From Chiloscyllium plagiosum (taxonomy: Eukaryota), in NCBI RefSeq assembly GCF_004010195.1, contig NC_057719.1:10761341-10795985 (forward strand): DNA of 34,645 nt, written 5' to 3'. A model generated the notes under the pieces. It worked only from the letters and a program-made list of their open reading frames with translations. It did not search any database and was not told where the DNA came from. Shown piece after piece: positions 22,974-33,945 of the stretch (positions are counted from its first letter, which is position 1; each line of letters opens with the position of its first letter). The position numbers and the translations under genes are program-made.

Positions 22974-23452
22974 TACGAAAAAGGTTTACCAGGATGTTGC
23001 CTGGTACAGGGGGTTTTAGCTCTGAGGAAAGGGTGGATAGACTGAGTTTGTTTTCACTGGATTGCAGAAGGTTGAGGGGCAACCTGATAGAAGTTTATAA
23101 GATTGTGAGTGGCATGTATAGAGTGGAAAGTATGAGACTTTTTCCCAGGGTAGAAGGGTCAATCACTGGGGGACACAGGTTCAAGGTGGTGGGGGATGTT
23201 TAAAAGAGACGTGCAAGGCATGTTTTTCACACAAAGGGTGGTGAGTGCCTGGACTGCGCTGCCAGAGGAGGTGTTGGAAGCAGATACAATAGCAGCGTTC
23301 AGGAAGCACCTGGACGAATACATGAATAGGAAGGGAATAGAGGGATATGGATCCTGTAAGTGAAGATTGTTTTAGAATGGAAGGGCAAAATGTGTCAACA
23401 CAGGCTTGTAGGGCCGAATAGCCTGTTCCTGTGCTGTATTGTTCTTTGTTCT
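22974..23452 (+). mobile_element. CR1 3' end
   Basis: RLSLFSLDCRRLRGNLIEVYKIV; tail tgttctttgttct. Confidence 0.9.
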
Positions 23453-23958
23453 TCCTATAACACATTTTAATAGATTTTAAAACACACAGTAAAATAAAAT
23501 CCCATCTGCTCCCAACACCATCACTTTACAGTTAATAAAAATTCAGAGGAACGTTCCTTCCCCATCCGAGTAATAGCTTTAAATTAACTGCTTCTTCTCA
23601 ATACCACTCCCATGAGCTTGGCAGACTTTTCCCTTGACTACTTACACAACTGAGAGCTTAGACGTTCATAGACTTTTATGAATTAGCAGTTGTAACCAAA
23701 TATCTCGGGTCTGGAAATTTTCACAAACAAGGACCTTTACACTAAGATAAATTATTCCCTTAACTGCACTGGATAATTTCCATTTCTAGGAGAATCTATT
23801 TAGCCTGGACATTTGTACTGAACTCAGAAATATTTAACTAAATGGGAAAAAATGCTCTTTTTTTTGCAAAGTTAATAACTTAATATTTTTCCTTCTCCTG
23901 TTGTAAAACTCCACAATATAAACAAACTTCAGTTGACTTACTGTAACATCGTCAGTCA

Positions 23959-24573
23959 TAAAGTCATACAGTCCTACAGCATGGAGACAGGCCCTTTGGC
24001 CCAAACTGGTCCGTGCTGACCAAAATGTCCATCCACACTAACCCCACTTCCCTACACTTGGCCCATATCCAGCTAACCTTTTCCTATCCATGTATTTGTC
24101 CAAATGCCTTGTAAATGTTGTTAATGTACCCGCCTCAACCACTTCCGCTGGCAGCTCATTCCATATGCGTACCACCCTATGTGTAAAAAACTTGCCCCTC
24201 TGGTTCCCTTTCATTTTTTCCCTTCTAACCTTAAATTAAAACCTCTAGTCCTCGATTCCTCAACCCTGGGAAAAAGACTGAGTGCATTCACCCTATCCAT
24301 GCCTCTCATGATCTTATACACCTCTGTAAGAACCTCCCTCAGTCTCCTATGCTCTGAAGAAAAAAGTCCTAGCTTGTCCAACCTCTCCCCATAACTCAAA
24401 CCATTGAGTCCAGGCAACATCCTTGTAAATTTCTTCTACACTCTTTCCAGTTTAGTAGCATCGTCCCTGTAGCAAGGTGACCAAAACTGAACACGATATT
24501 CCAAGTGCGGCCTCACCAGCGTCTTGTACAACTGCAACATAACTTCCCAACTTCTGTACTCAGTGTACCGATA
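23959..24573 (-). mobile_element. CR1 3' end
   Basis: ERLDKLGLFSSEHRRLREVLTEVYKIMRG; TSD cagtca (23953-23958 / 24574-24579). Confidence 0.9.
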
Positions 24574-24790
24574 CAGTCAGGTACTGTCTGATACACACAG
24601 CTTTAAGTCATGGAAATAGAGAGACTGACATTGTTAATTATTAAACTCCTTCACACAAATAGACCAAATCCTTAAGCCACTAGTTTAAAAACCAAACTCT
24701 AAAAAACAAATGATAATAATACATTAAAAATCACACACCTTTCATCACAAAATTAGCGGGCATGTTTCTGACATTACAAGTCTGATTACG

Positions 24791-24874
24791 GGTGGAATCT
24801 TACCAGGGTCTGAGTGACGTGAGCTATGGCAAGGTTTGTGGCAGAACCGGATGAGAGATCTGGTAAGGTCCACC
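24791..24874. mobile_element. Tiny TIR element (possible Harbinger-type MITE)
   Basis: ggtggaatcttaccag ... ctggtaaggtccacc, ~15-bp imperfect inverted repeats. Confidence 0.4.
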
Positions 24875-24965
24875 TTGATTTTGGGAGCACCTCCCTTCCT
24901 CTTTTATGCTTTTCGCACGCTGCATGGCAGGTTTGTTTGTGAGGCAGAGGTGAGTTGCCAATTAA

Positions 24966-25058
24966 CCTTCATGTTAACCACAGCTATTGCAGGTATTGAA
25001 CCCACTCCGTTGGCATCTCTCTACATCGTGAACCAACCACCCAGCCAACTGAGCTAAC
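24966..25058 (-). mobile_element. tRNA-derived SINE head
   Basis: A box TAGCTCAGTTGG (25045-25056) and B box GGTTCAATACC (24992-25002); no convincing cloverleaf. Confidence 0.6.
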
Positions 25059-25059
25059 A

Positions 25060-25881
25060 AAAAGATGGTCCAGGTTAGCAAAGAATACAGACAGATCTTG
25101 ATCAATTGGGTCAATGGGCTGAGGAGTGGTAGATGGAGTTTAATTTGGATAAATGAGAGGTATTGTATTTCGGTAAAACAAAATGGACAGGATGTATGCA
25201 AGTAAAAGTAGACTCCTTGGGTGGTGTTGTAGAACAGAGAGATCTAGAAGTTCAGGTACATAATTCTTTAAAGTTTGCATCACACATAGACATGGTGTTT
25301 AGCATTCTTGCCTTCATTGTCCAGACCTTCGATTGCAGCAGTTGGATTGTCATGTTGAAGTTGTAAAGTCTGGAGTACTGCGTGCAGTTCTGGTCACCCT
25401 GTTATAGGAAGGACATTACTAAGCTGGAGAGAGTTCAGATAAGATTTACCAGGATGTTGCAGGGAATAGAGGGCTCGAGTTAGAGGCAGAGGTCGGATAA
25501 GTTGGGACTTTTTCCACTGAAGCATAGGAGATTAAGAGGTGACCTTGTAGAGGTCTATAAAATCATGAGGGGTATAGATAAGGTGAATAGCAGGTGTCTT
25601 TTTCCTAGGGTGGGGGATTTCAAGAGAAAGGGGCATATTTAAGGTGAGAGAGAAAGACTTAAAAATGACATGGAGGCAATTTTTTTACACAGAGAGTAGT
25701 TTGTGTGTGGAATTAGCTTCTAGATGAAATGGTAGATGTGGGTACAGTTGCAACATTTAAAAGACATTTGGATAAGTACACATTAAGAAATGTTTGGAGG
25801 GATAGAGCCAAGCGCAGGCAAGAGGGACTAGTTTAGTTTGGTATGGATTGGTTGGATCGAAGGGTCTGTTTCCATGCTGTA
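25060..25881 (+). mobile_element. CR1/HER1-like 3' portion (decayed)
   Basis: tggtagatggagtttaat, gagtactgcgtgcagttctgg, gaccttgtagaggtctataaaatcatgagggg. Confidence 0.9.
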
Positions 25882-26699
25882 GGGTTAGGGTGTCAGCAGC
25901 AATAATCAGGAGAGATGGTGGAATTGGGGAAAGGACGGGGTCGGAGTGGTATTGGTGTTAATGTAGATATGTGAGAAGGAGTTCAGAAGCTGCGCTTCGC
26001 TGTTCTATGTTCAAAAACTAAGTAAGAAGCATCTGATAGCCACCATCAAGCAAGTACATGAAGGGCATTAAAGGATTAAAATCAAATTGCTCATGCTGAT
26101 GAGTTTAGATTTTTTAACCTTGACTAATGTGGGATAATCAATCAAGGAACTCACAGCACTCTGTTTATAGGGTCAAAGGGTCTGAAATGAAACTCTGATA
26201 GTGACTTGTTGCCCTCCCTGAGACTTACATTACAGATCCAGTGTACTGCCCTTGCAAGGTGTCACAAGGCCAGAAAGTAATACTATTGATACTGTGGCTG
26301 CATTTCAGATGGTCTTTGTGTTGAAATTCCTTTCTGCTCATGCACAACCTTGATCAGTTTACAGCAGCCCCTCTGAGCAATGAGATTAGATTACAGCCTG
26401 GAAGTCAATCTCCACCGCTGGCGATTTATTATGAGAAATATACCTCTATTTGTGTGGAGTGGTGGATGTTTCTCTGCTGTGTTTTTTTTTGTTTCACTTT
26501 GTGCCATGAAGGCAATTTCTGTTTATTGAAATAGAGAAGGAACAAAATCTCAAGCTCAGTAGGTCAGACAGAGAATAAATCGGGGTGGGGAGGGGGGAGA
26601 CTTCCTACTGTTTGATTCTGGGACACAGGCTACAAATATTGAATTTTGTTTTAAAGATGTGAGAAATGTAGCCTATCTCTGGTTATTAGTAATCTCAAA

Positions 26700-27062
26700 C
26701 ATTCGTGCTCTCCACCACTGAAGCTCACTAGAAGCAATGTGCACAAGATGCTCTGCTGATATTCACAAAGTCTCCTTGGACAGCACCTTCCAAAGCCACA
26801 ACCACTACCTTCTAGAAGGACAAGGGCAGCAGATACATGGGAACTCCACCCCCTGCAAGTTCCCCTCCAAGACACTAACCATCCTGACTTGAAAACACAT
26901 CACCGTTCCTTCACTGTCACTAAGTTAAAATCCTGGAACTCACACTCCAATAGCACTGTGGGTGTTCAAGTATATGACTCAGCACCACTTTCTCAAGGAC
27001 TGTAAGGGATGGAGAATAAACATTGGCCCAGCCAGTGCTCTCTGCAGTCCAAGAATGAATTA
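26700..27062 (+). mobile_element. LINE-X 3' end
   Basis: gacagcaccttccaaa...caccactttctcaagg...ggcccagccagtg...gaatgaat. Confidence 0.8.
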
Positions 27063-27339
27063 TATTCAGGGTAATATGTCTTGTCACCTTATAATGTGGA
27101 ATTACACATAATCTCAAGCTACACCAGGGTCCCCTTGCTGAAGGAAGTTAATGAAACAGATTTATGAATTCAAATTTATAGTGGATTTTGATCTTATGAC
27201 TTCTGGGTTACTGGAGCAGACCCAAAACTTTTAGACTATCACATCTAGTTTTTCATTGTGGCTTTACAATGAAAACATTGAAAACTAAAATTTAATAAAG
27301 TACGTTATTAGAACCTTACTGCTAAGATCCTGAAATTCT

Positions 27340-27960
27340 TCGCTTTTGCATAAGGTGTGAGCATCAGTGGCAAGTCCAGCATTTTCTGCCCCTGAACCAA
27401 GTGACTGGCTGGGCCATTTTAGAGGGTCAGCCCCCACATTATTCTGCTCTGTTGTCACATGATGTCCTATTGTAAAGTACATTAGTGAACTTTTTTTAAC
27501 AACAATGAATTTCAGTTGTCAAGATAAACATCACAGCACGGTGGCACAGTGGTTAGCACTGCTGCCTCACAGCGCCAGAAGCCTGGGTTCAATTCCCGCC
27601 TCAGGCAACTCCCTGTGTGGAGTTTGCAAATTCTCCCCGTGTCTGCGTGGGTTTCCTCCAGGTGCTCTGGCTTCCTCCCACAGTCCAGAAATGTGCAGGT
27701 TAGGTGAATTGGCCATGCTAAATTGCCTGTAGTGTTAGGTGTAGGGGAATGGGTCTGGGTGGGTTGTGGGTCGGTGTGGACTTGTTGGGCCAAAGGGCCT
27801 GCTTCCACACTGTAGGTAATATAATCATTGAGACAAAGTTTACATTCCAGATTTATCCATTGAATTTAAATTAAAATAATGATGGGATTTGAACCCTTTC
27901 CTCCAGAGATTTAACTAAACCTCTGAGTTGCTAAATCCAGTGATGTTATCACTGTGCCAA
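27340..27960 (-). mobile_element. tRNA-SINE (LINE-X tail family) interrupted by HE1
   Basis: Homologous to 2073-2370; B box gggatttgaaccc at ~27884. Confidence 0.6.
27534..27826 (+). mobile_element. HE1-type V-SINE
   Basis: A box TGGCACAGTGG, B box GGTTCAATTCC and V-domain. Confidence 0.92.
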
Positions 27961-28954
27961 ATACCGAATGGCAAAGTTCCCCTTCTTTTTATCCTGAGGT
28001 GGTTCCCTGGTTCTCTTCTGAAATGGCCATTTCACTTGGTCCCACTTGGCTCAGCTGTGGACTATGCTGTCCTTGGCCTATTTCTGGATAACAGCTCCTC
28101 TTCTGTTACCTCATTTCAGCCCTGTGGCAGCTCTGGGGTCTGCTGCATGTTTTCAGAGCCAGCGCGTGGGCAGGCTAATGTACTCCTTCTAGGCTTACAT
28201 CAAGATGCGTTAAATGGCCGCATATTCCCATGCGTGCTTCAAGTGAGCAGATGGGATACCAGGCTTTGGTCTTTCTGCTCACCATAAGAATTTGGACACA
28301 ATATCAACAACGCAAAATAGGCAGCTTCTCACAAAACAGCCAGGAATATAATTGGAAGGGGGAAATGGAATGTTATACTGGGGGTGAGAGATGTTCTTCC
28401 AAATACAGCTACTGAGGATATTAACTCTTCATTGAGCATAGGCCAGGAATTGTCAATGTTGACTTTATGCACAAGATGTAGGGATGCTTCCAGTCTTTAT
28501 CCTTTTATCCTTTATCCAATGTTTATCCTTTCAACTTTATTTTTTTGTTAAAATTGGACAATGAATAACTGTAAGGTTATGTAACTTTTTTCTTCATTTC
28601 TCTATTTTGCATCTAAGATTTTGTACCGAGGTATTTGCATCTAAGGTGACACCGTGAGGAGCGACATTGTAAACGTTTCATTGTACTCCTGACAATAAAT
28701 ATGACAATAAATCTAATTCTAATTCTGCTCTGATATCATTGACACTCCTGGGTATACCATTCACCAAATACAATAGAAACACAATTGACTAGTCAGTATG
28801 CCGCATAATTACAAGTATTTCTTTTACTCTATCTTCCCCATTCTTTCTTCCTTCCCTTCTCTTTTTTCTCTCCCTCAACAAAATATGGAAGAAAGATGGA
28901 CAAGTGAAGTGGGTGAGTGCTACAGCAGTGGATAATAGACAGGGATTCCCATTG

Positions 28955-29155
28955 GTTTAGATCAGAGTGGTGCTGGAAAAGCACAGCAGGTCAGGCAGCA
29001 TCCGAGGAGCAGGAAAATCAGGAATCCTAATGAAGGGCTTTTGCCCAAAACATCGATTCTCCTGCTCCTCAGATGCTGCCTGACCTGCTGTGCTTTTCCA
29101 GCACCACTCTGATCTAAACTTTGGTTTCCAGCATCAGCAGTCCTCATTTTTGTCT
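28955..29155 (+). mobile_element. PLE family A fold-back mini-element (65-bp arms, hammerhead in loop)
   Basis: Arms 28955-29019 and 29055-29119 pair at 63/65; loop gaatc-CTAATGA-A-GGGC-tttt-GCCC-AAAA-CA-TC-gattc; TSD agggattccc (28941-28950 / 29156-29165). Confidence 0.9.
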
Positions 29156-29166
29156 AGGGATTCCCC

Positions 29167-29260
29167 TGATCAAAAACTATGGTGCTGGAAAAACACAGCC
29201 AGCCAGACAGCATCCGAGGAGCAGGAGAGTCGACGTTTCGAGCATAAGCTCGTAATCAGG
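29167..29260 (-). mobile_element. PLE family A mini-element variant
   Basis: Minus-strand core CTGATTA-C-GAGC-ttat-GCTC-GAAA-CG-TC. Confidence 0.8.
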
Positions 29261-29585
29261 AATTCCCATGGTTTGTTTCTTAATTCCCATTCAAGCGGGA
29301 ACTGGATTTAACACGCAAAGGAAAAGGTTACAGAAAGACTGACTGTAAAAGTGCAGGTGAATGGAGCTAACTAGATAGCTCTGTCGAAAAGCAGACATGA
29401 TGGCCAGAATGGCCTCTTTCTGTGTTGGTTTATTCTATGAGTACAGGGTCGCTCATATTCAGTTTCCAGCTGGCTAAGCCTATCCTTTCTTTGCATTGGG
29501 AGAGGACAGCATTATATATTCGTTCCATTGCGGACTGTCACCTTTTGTGTGAAAGACGCTGTTCTTTTACAGTGACCTCTCTGCA

Positions 29586-29790
29586 AGTTCTGATAGAACA
29601 AAAAAGCTGACAGGCAGGAATATCCAGAGCTCTGCTGCTGTAGCCACTGATGTTCTGATAAGACTGCTTATCAGCACAAACAGTGTCCTGAAATGCTATT
29701 AGCCGTGAAGTCTATTTTACTGAAAGTGAAACTGCAGGCAGTCACCCATCATTTGTTTATCTCACTTTTCCTTCCTTCTTCCACATGTTT
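29586..29790. promoter_or_regulatory. Candidate enhancer: GATA palindrome, IRF, ETS and Fox motifs
   Basis: CTGATAAG-actg-CTTATCAG (29655-29674), TGATAG 29591, TTATCT 29757, GAAAGTGAAACT 29722-29733, CAGGAA 29615, TGTTTAT 29754, all in apparently non-repeat DNA. Confidence 0.4.
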
Positions 29791-29876
29791 TGAAAGACAG
29801 AGAGAAAAAAAATTAGAGAGAGAAAAATAAAGAGAAAGACAGCAAAAGAGGAAGAAAGGGAGGGGAAAAAAAGAGG

Positions 29877-30245
29877 AAAGTGTGCATTTACATAGTAGCT
29901 TTCATGGGGTTAGGACATTGCAAAGTACCTTCCAGGCAATACCACTGATTTGTAGTTATGCAGCAACCAATTTGTGCACAGAATGCTCCTAAAAACAGCA
30001 ATGTGGTGATGACCAAATTATCTGATTGACTGAGGTTGTTTAGTGCCATTTTTTACATCTCCCTAAGAGTGTACAAGGAACTTCATTTATCAGCTCAGCA
30101 AAGAAACAATGTTTTTGACAGAACCACGCCCCCTCAGGTCTGTACATGGCAGGTTGACCCAGGTATTGTGCAGAAGACCCTGTGTATCAGAGACTTGAAC
30201 ACAACCTTCATACTCCAAGGTAAGATCGCTAGCGAGTGAATGGCT
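29877..30245 (-). mobile_element. Deu-domain SINE (old), preceded by a GA-rich tract at 29795-29880
   Basis: tgcatttacatag...gcagcaaccaatttgtgcacag...aacagcaatgtggtgatgacca...tagtgccat...gacttgaacacaacctt. Confidence 0.7.
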
Positions 30246-30579
30246 TGGCAGAATCAAACTCCGTCACATACCTTCCATCTCCAGCTCTTTCTTTCTTCAG
30301 AACTGGGGTTTTGGGGTCTCCTTCCACTTGTGTCACATGATGCTGGGCTGAGCTGAGTCACTGTTAGAGCATTCTGAGAAGCTTTGTGCATGTCAAGTTG
30401 GGCTCATATACTTCTGACTCAGCGCCAAATGCAACCGCAAAGCTAAAGGTGTGCTCCTGATTAAATATCTTTCCATCCATTGCAACTTTTCTTTTGCTCT
30501 TCAATTTTACAACACTATCACAATCAGTCAGCTTCAAAAATATCTCGCACTCCCTGATAAGCTCCAATAACTTTTGGAA

Positions 30580-31114
30580 TATTGCATGCAATTCTGGTCT
30601 CCTTCCTATCGGAAGGATGTTGTGAAACTTGAAAGGGTTCAGAAATTATTTACAAGGATGTTGCCAGGGTTTGGAGGATTTGAGCTGTAAGCAGAGACTG
30701 AATAGGCTGGGCCTGTTTTCCCTGCAGCGTCGGAGGCTGAGGGGTGACCTTGCAGAGGTTTATAAAATCATGAGGAGCATGGACAGAATAAATATAAAAA
30801 GTCTCTTCCCTGGGGTGGGGGAGTCCAGAAGTGGAGGGCATAGTTTTAGGGTGAGAGGGGAAAGATATAAAAGGGACCTAAGGGGCACCTTTTTCACACA
30901 GAGGGTGGTGAGTGTATGGAATGAGCTGCCAGAGGAAGTGGTGGAGGCTGGTACAATTGCAACATTTAAAAGGCATCTGGATGGGTATATGAATAGGAGG
31001 GGTTTACTGGGATATGGGCCAAGTGCTGGCAGCTGTGACTAGATTAAGTTAGGATATCCAGTCGGCATGGATGCGTTGGACTGAAGGGTCTGTTTCCGTG
31101 ACTCTATGACTCTA
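30580..31114 (+). mobile_element. CR1/HER1-like 3' end (relatively young)
   Basis: RLNRLGLFSLQRRRLRGDLAEVYKIMR...FFTQRVVSVWNELPEEVVEAGTIATFKRHLDGYM; tail gactctatgactcta. Confidence 0.93.
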
Positions 31115-31149
31115 AATGTCCTTTTCCTCCCTTTCGTCCCTATTGAAAG

Positions 31150-31480
31150 TTTGAAGAGGTTCTTTTCTCCAGAGAACAAGAAAGATGAGCAGTGATCTGT
31201 TGGAGGGGTTTGCTATGAGACATACAGAATATCTGCTGGGAGAAAAGATCAAAATTAGGGGCTAACGTGAGAGTTAGGCACCAATAAATTCCGTAGGGTA
31301 TTAAGGAGAAATCTCTTCACCCGGGCAATGTTAAGAATGTGGAACTTGCTGGCCACAAAAAGTAACTGAGGTGAATTGGAAAGATACCTTTAAGGTGAAG
31401 CTAGAGAAATATCTGTTGGGAGAAAGGTCTTAGTGATGCAGTTAGAATTAGTTAAAATAGGATAATACAAGCTCATGGAG
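31150..31480 (+). mobile_element. Old CR1 fragment
   Basis: aggagaaatctcttcacc...agaatgtggaacttgct...tttaaggtgaagctaga. Confidence 0.55.
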
Positions 31481-31489
31481 AAACCCATT

Positions 31490-32690
31490 GAAGGCAATGA
31501 CCATCTCCAATAAGAGAGAATTTAACTTTCACTCTTTGATATTCAGTAGCATCTCCCTCACCGAAATCCTCAGTTTTAACATCTCGGATTATCATTGATC
31601 AGAAACTGAACTAGACTCGTCATATAAGTACTGCCGCTGCAAAGGTTGGTGAGAGGCTAGGAATCCTGCAGCATGTAACTAACTTCCTGACTCCCCAAAG
31701 TCAATCCACCATCTCCAAGGTACAAGTCAGGAGTGTGATGAAATACTCCCCACTTGCCTGAATGGGTGTAGCTCCAACAACACCTCAAGAGGTTTGACAC
31801 CATCCAGGACAAAGCAGCCTGCCTGTTTGGCACCAAATTCAGAAGCATCCACTCCCTTCACCATTGATGCTCAGTAACTGCAGTGTGTATGATCTACAAG
31901 CTGCCCTGCAGAAGTTCAATAACGATCCCTAGACAGCTGTTAGAACCCTCACTGATCTTTCATTGTTTTTATTTAGTTTGGAACTGTGAGCTGAAAATTA
32001 CCTTTGGTCTGTAGGCAGCAGTTGTGTTAAACAAAAAAGCAGAATAAACAAGCTAGAAGTTAATGGCAAGTTGACTCTTGAGTGAAACATTCCAACAGAA
32101 TATTTGGCACTTGTAGAGAGCAGTACGTCCAAGTAGGTAGCAGATATTTGGCCGTTAGAAAGATCAGTACCTGGGATCTGGTTTCAGTAAGACTGGGAGA
32201 GACCATATGCTCCAGTGGATGGCAGATGTTGAATGCTAGCCAGGACTTTATGGGAAGGCAGTCAGTCTAAAAAGGAGAGGCCAGAGTTTGAATTGGGTTT
32301 GGACTGTTTTCTGGGAGAAGGAGTTTTGTTGCTGATGCTACAGCATGAAGGTTAGAAAGCTCCCTATCTCACGTCTCATTATCAGTTGTGAGAAGTTCAG
32401 AGATTAAAAACTAAGGTATAAGTATTGCTGACCTCTTCAGAGTGAACTGAAACGGTGAAATCTTGAGAAAATCAACCAAGAAACAATCATCTCTGTCTTT
32501 GGAACAATTCCAAGCCACTGGCCACCCTAACTTGGAATAACATCACTGTTCTTTCAGTGTCACTGGGTCAAAATCTTGAAATTCCTCCCTAACAGTGTTG
32601 GTTCAAGAAGGCACCTCACCACCACTGTCTGGAATGGGTAATAAATGCCAGCCCAGCCAGCAATGCCCACTTCTCCTGAATGAATCTTTT
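31490..32690 (+). mobile_element. LINE-X 3' end with an unrelated ~560-bp insert (31938-32500, begins TGTTAG; possibly partial LTR)
   Basis: Homologous to 7510-7920 and 26700-27062 on either side of the insert. Confidence 0.75.
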
Positions 32691-33406
32691 TATTTTAAAT
32701 ATGTGGAACGGAAATACCAGCGAAGTTGCAATGGATCATTTTAAACTCAAAAATAGATCAGAACAAAATGATCCTGATCAAGTTATTGTTCTTTGTGTTA
32801 TTGTAGAAACTTACAAATAGGATAGACCCCATTGTTTCTGAAATCGAAAACTGTCTGATCTACCTCAGTTAACCAAGGGAAGATAAAGTATTTCAAAACA
32901 TGAATAACAAGTTAAGCAGGCTGTTTCATGCTGATACTATGCAGGATGTTGCTGTCAATCCTAATAAAGCATTCTACCTACAACACAACTAAGCAACATC
33001 ATATATGAAATTCAGTGTAAGTGAGGTACACAGATAAAACATCTCAACAATTGGTTTGACCAAATCATGTCCCTTCAGATGTTAGTTATAGACAGAGAAC
33101 TTAACTGACCTGCTTTTCCAAAACCCAAATGAAAATCCATAGTTAAATATAATTCTTTGTTTGGGTTGAACTTGTCCAACAACATTGAGTGTTATAACAA
33201 CTGTACTAATCACCCATTTAAGATAATCTGTTCAGCCAGATACAATGATATGGTGGAACTCATTCTTTGGAAATGAATGGAATATAGGGGATCCCCGATT
33301 AATATACCTCTGACTTACAAATGTTCATATGTGATCTCATACTGGGGTGTAAGTTTAAAATATCTGACATATCAACCTTTCCTGTACCGATGAATGGCTA
33401 GTTTAT

Positions 33407-33710
33407 TAGATTAGATTACTTACAGTGTGGAAACAGGCCCTTCGGCCCAACAAGTCAACACCGACCCGCCAAAGTGCAACCCACCCATTCCCCTACATTT
33501 ACCCCTTCACCTAACACTACGGGGAATTTAGCATGGCCAATTCGCCTGGCCGGCACATCTTTGGACTGTGGGAGGAAACCAGAGCACCTGGAGGAAACCC
33601 ACGCAGACACGGGGAGAATGTGCAAACTCCACACAGTCAGTCGCCTGAGTCGGGAATTGAACCCGGGTCTCTGGCGCTGTGAGGCAACAGTGCTAACCAC
33701 TGTGCCACCA
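33407..33710 (-). mobile_element. HE1-type V-SINE
   Basis: A and B boxes, V-domain and (tctaa)n tail; close to 9277-9590. Confidence 0.92.
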
Positions 33711-33749
33711 TATTGTTCTGTATTGTGTACTAACTTATGCATAAATTGA

Positions 33750-33945
33750 AATAAAACAAAGAACTGTGGATGATAGAGATCTGAAACAAAAACAGATATT
33801 GCTGGTGAAATTCGGCAGGTCTGGCAGCATCTGTGGGGAGAAGGCAGAGCTGATGAGAGTCATCGGACTTGAAATGGTACCTCTGCTTTCTCCCCACAGA
33901 TGCTGCCAGACCTGCTGAGTTTTGCTTGCAATTTCTGTCCTTGTT
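33750..33945. mobile_element. Family C fold-back mini-element with hammerhead core at the apex
   Basis: Arms 33815-33849 / 33881-33915 (35 bp, one G-U) enclose CTGATGA-GAGTC-atcg-GACTT-GAAA-tggtac; diverged TSD (gcataaattga / gtatgaattga). Confidence 0.85.

Larger units (their letters stand above)
20671..24749 (-). mobile_element. Putative Gypsy-type solo LTR (about 0.9 kb net) with nested PLE and CR1 insertions
   Basis: TGTTACGA ... TCATCACA inverted termini; 4-bp TSD aaac/aaat; the host SINE resumes after it. Confidence 0.7.
20246..24780 (+). mobile_element. Deu-domain SINE broken into three pieces (20246-20273, 20427-20670, 24750-24780)
   Basis: ctaggctgatacc...gctgagggagtgttgtactgttgg...tgtacaaac | resumes as aaattagcgggcatgtttctgacattacaa; a LINE-X tail is inserted at 20275-20420. 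Confidence 0.7.

Noticed and set aside
24966..25058. Possible tRNA gene
   Set aside because: A and B boxes are present but there is no convincing acceptor/anticodon stem or terminator; SINE head.
27928..28287. 119-aa ORF
   Set aside because: Starts at TTG inside a SINE, with no recognisable domain or supported splice structure.
28495..28725. Possible LINE 3' tail (tgacaataaa x2, taattc repeats)
   Set aside because: Suggestive, but I cannot assign a family or boundaries from sequence alone.
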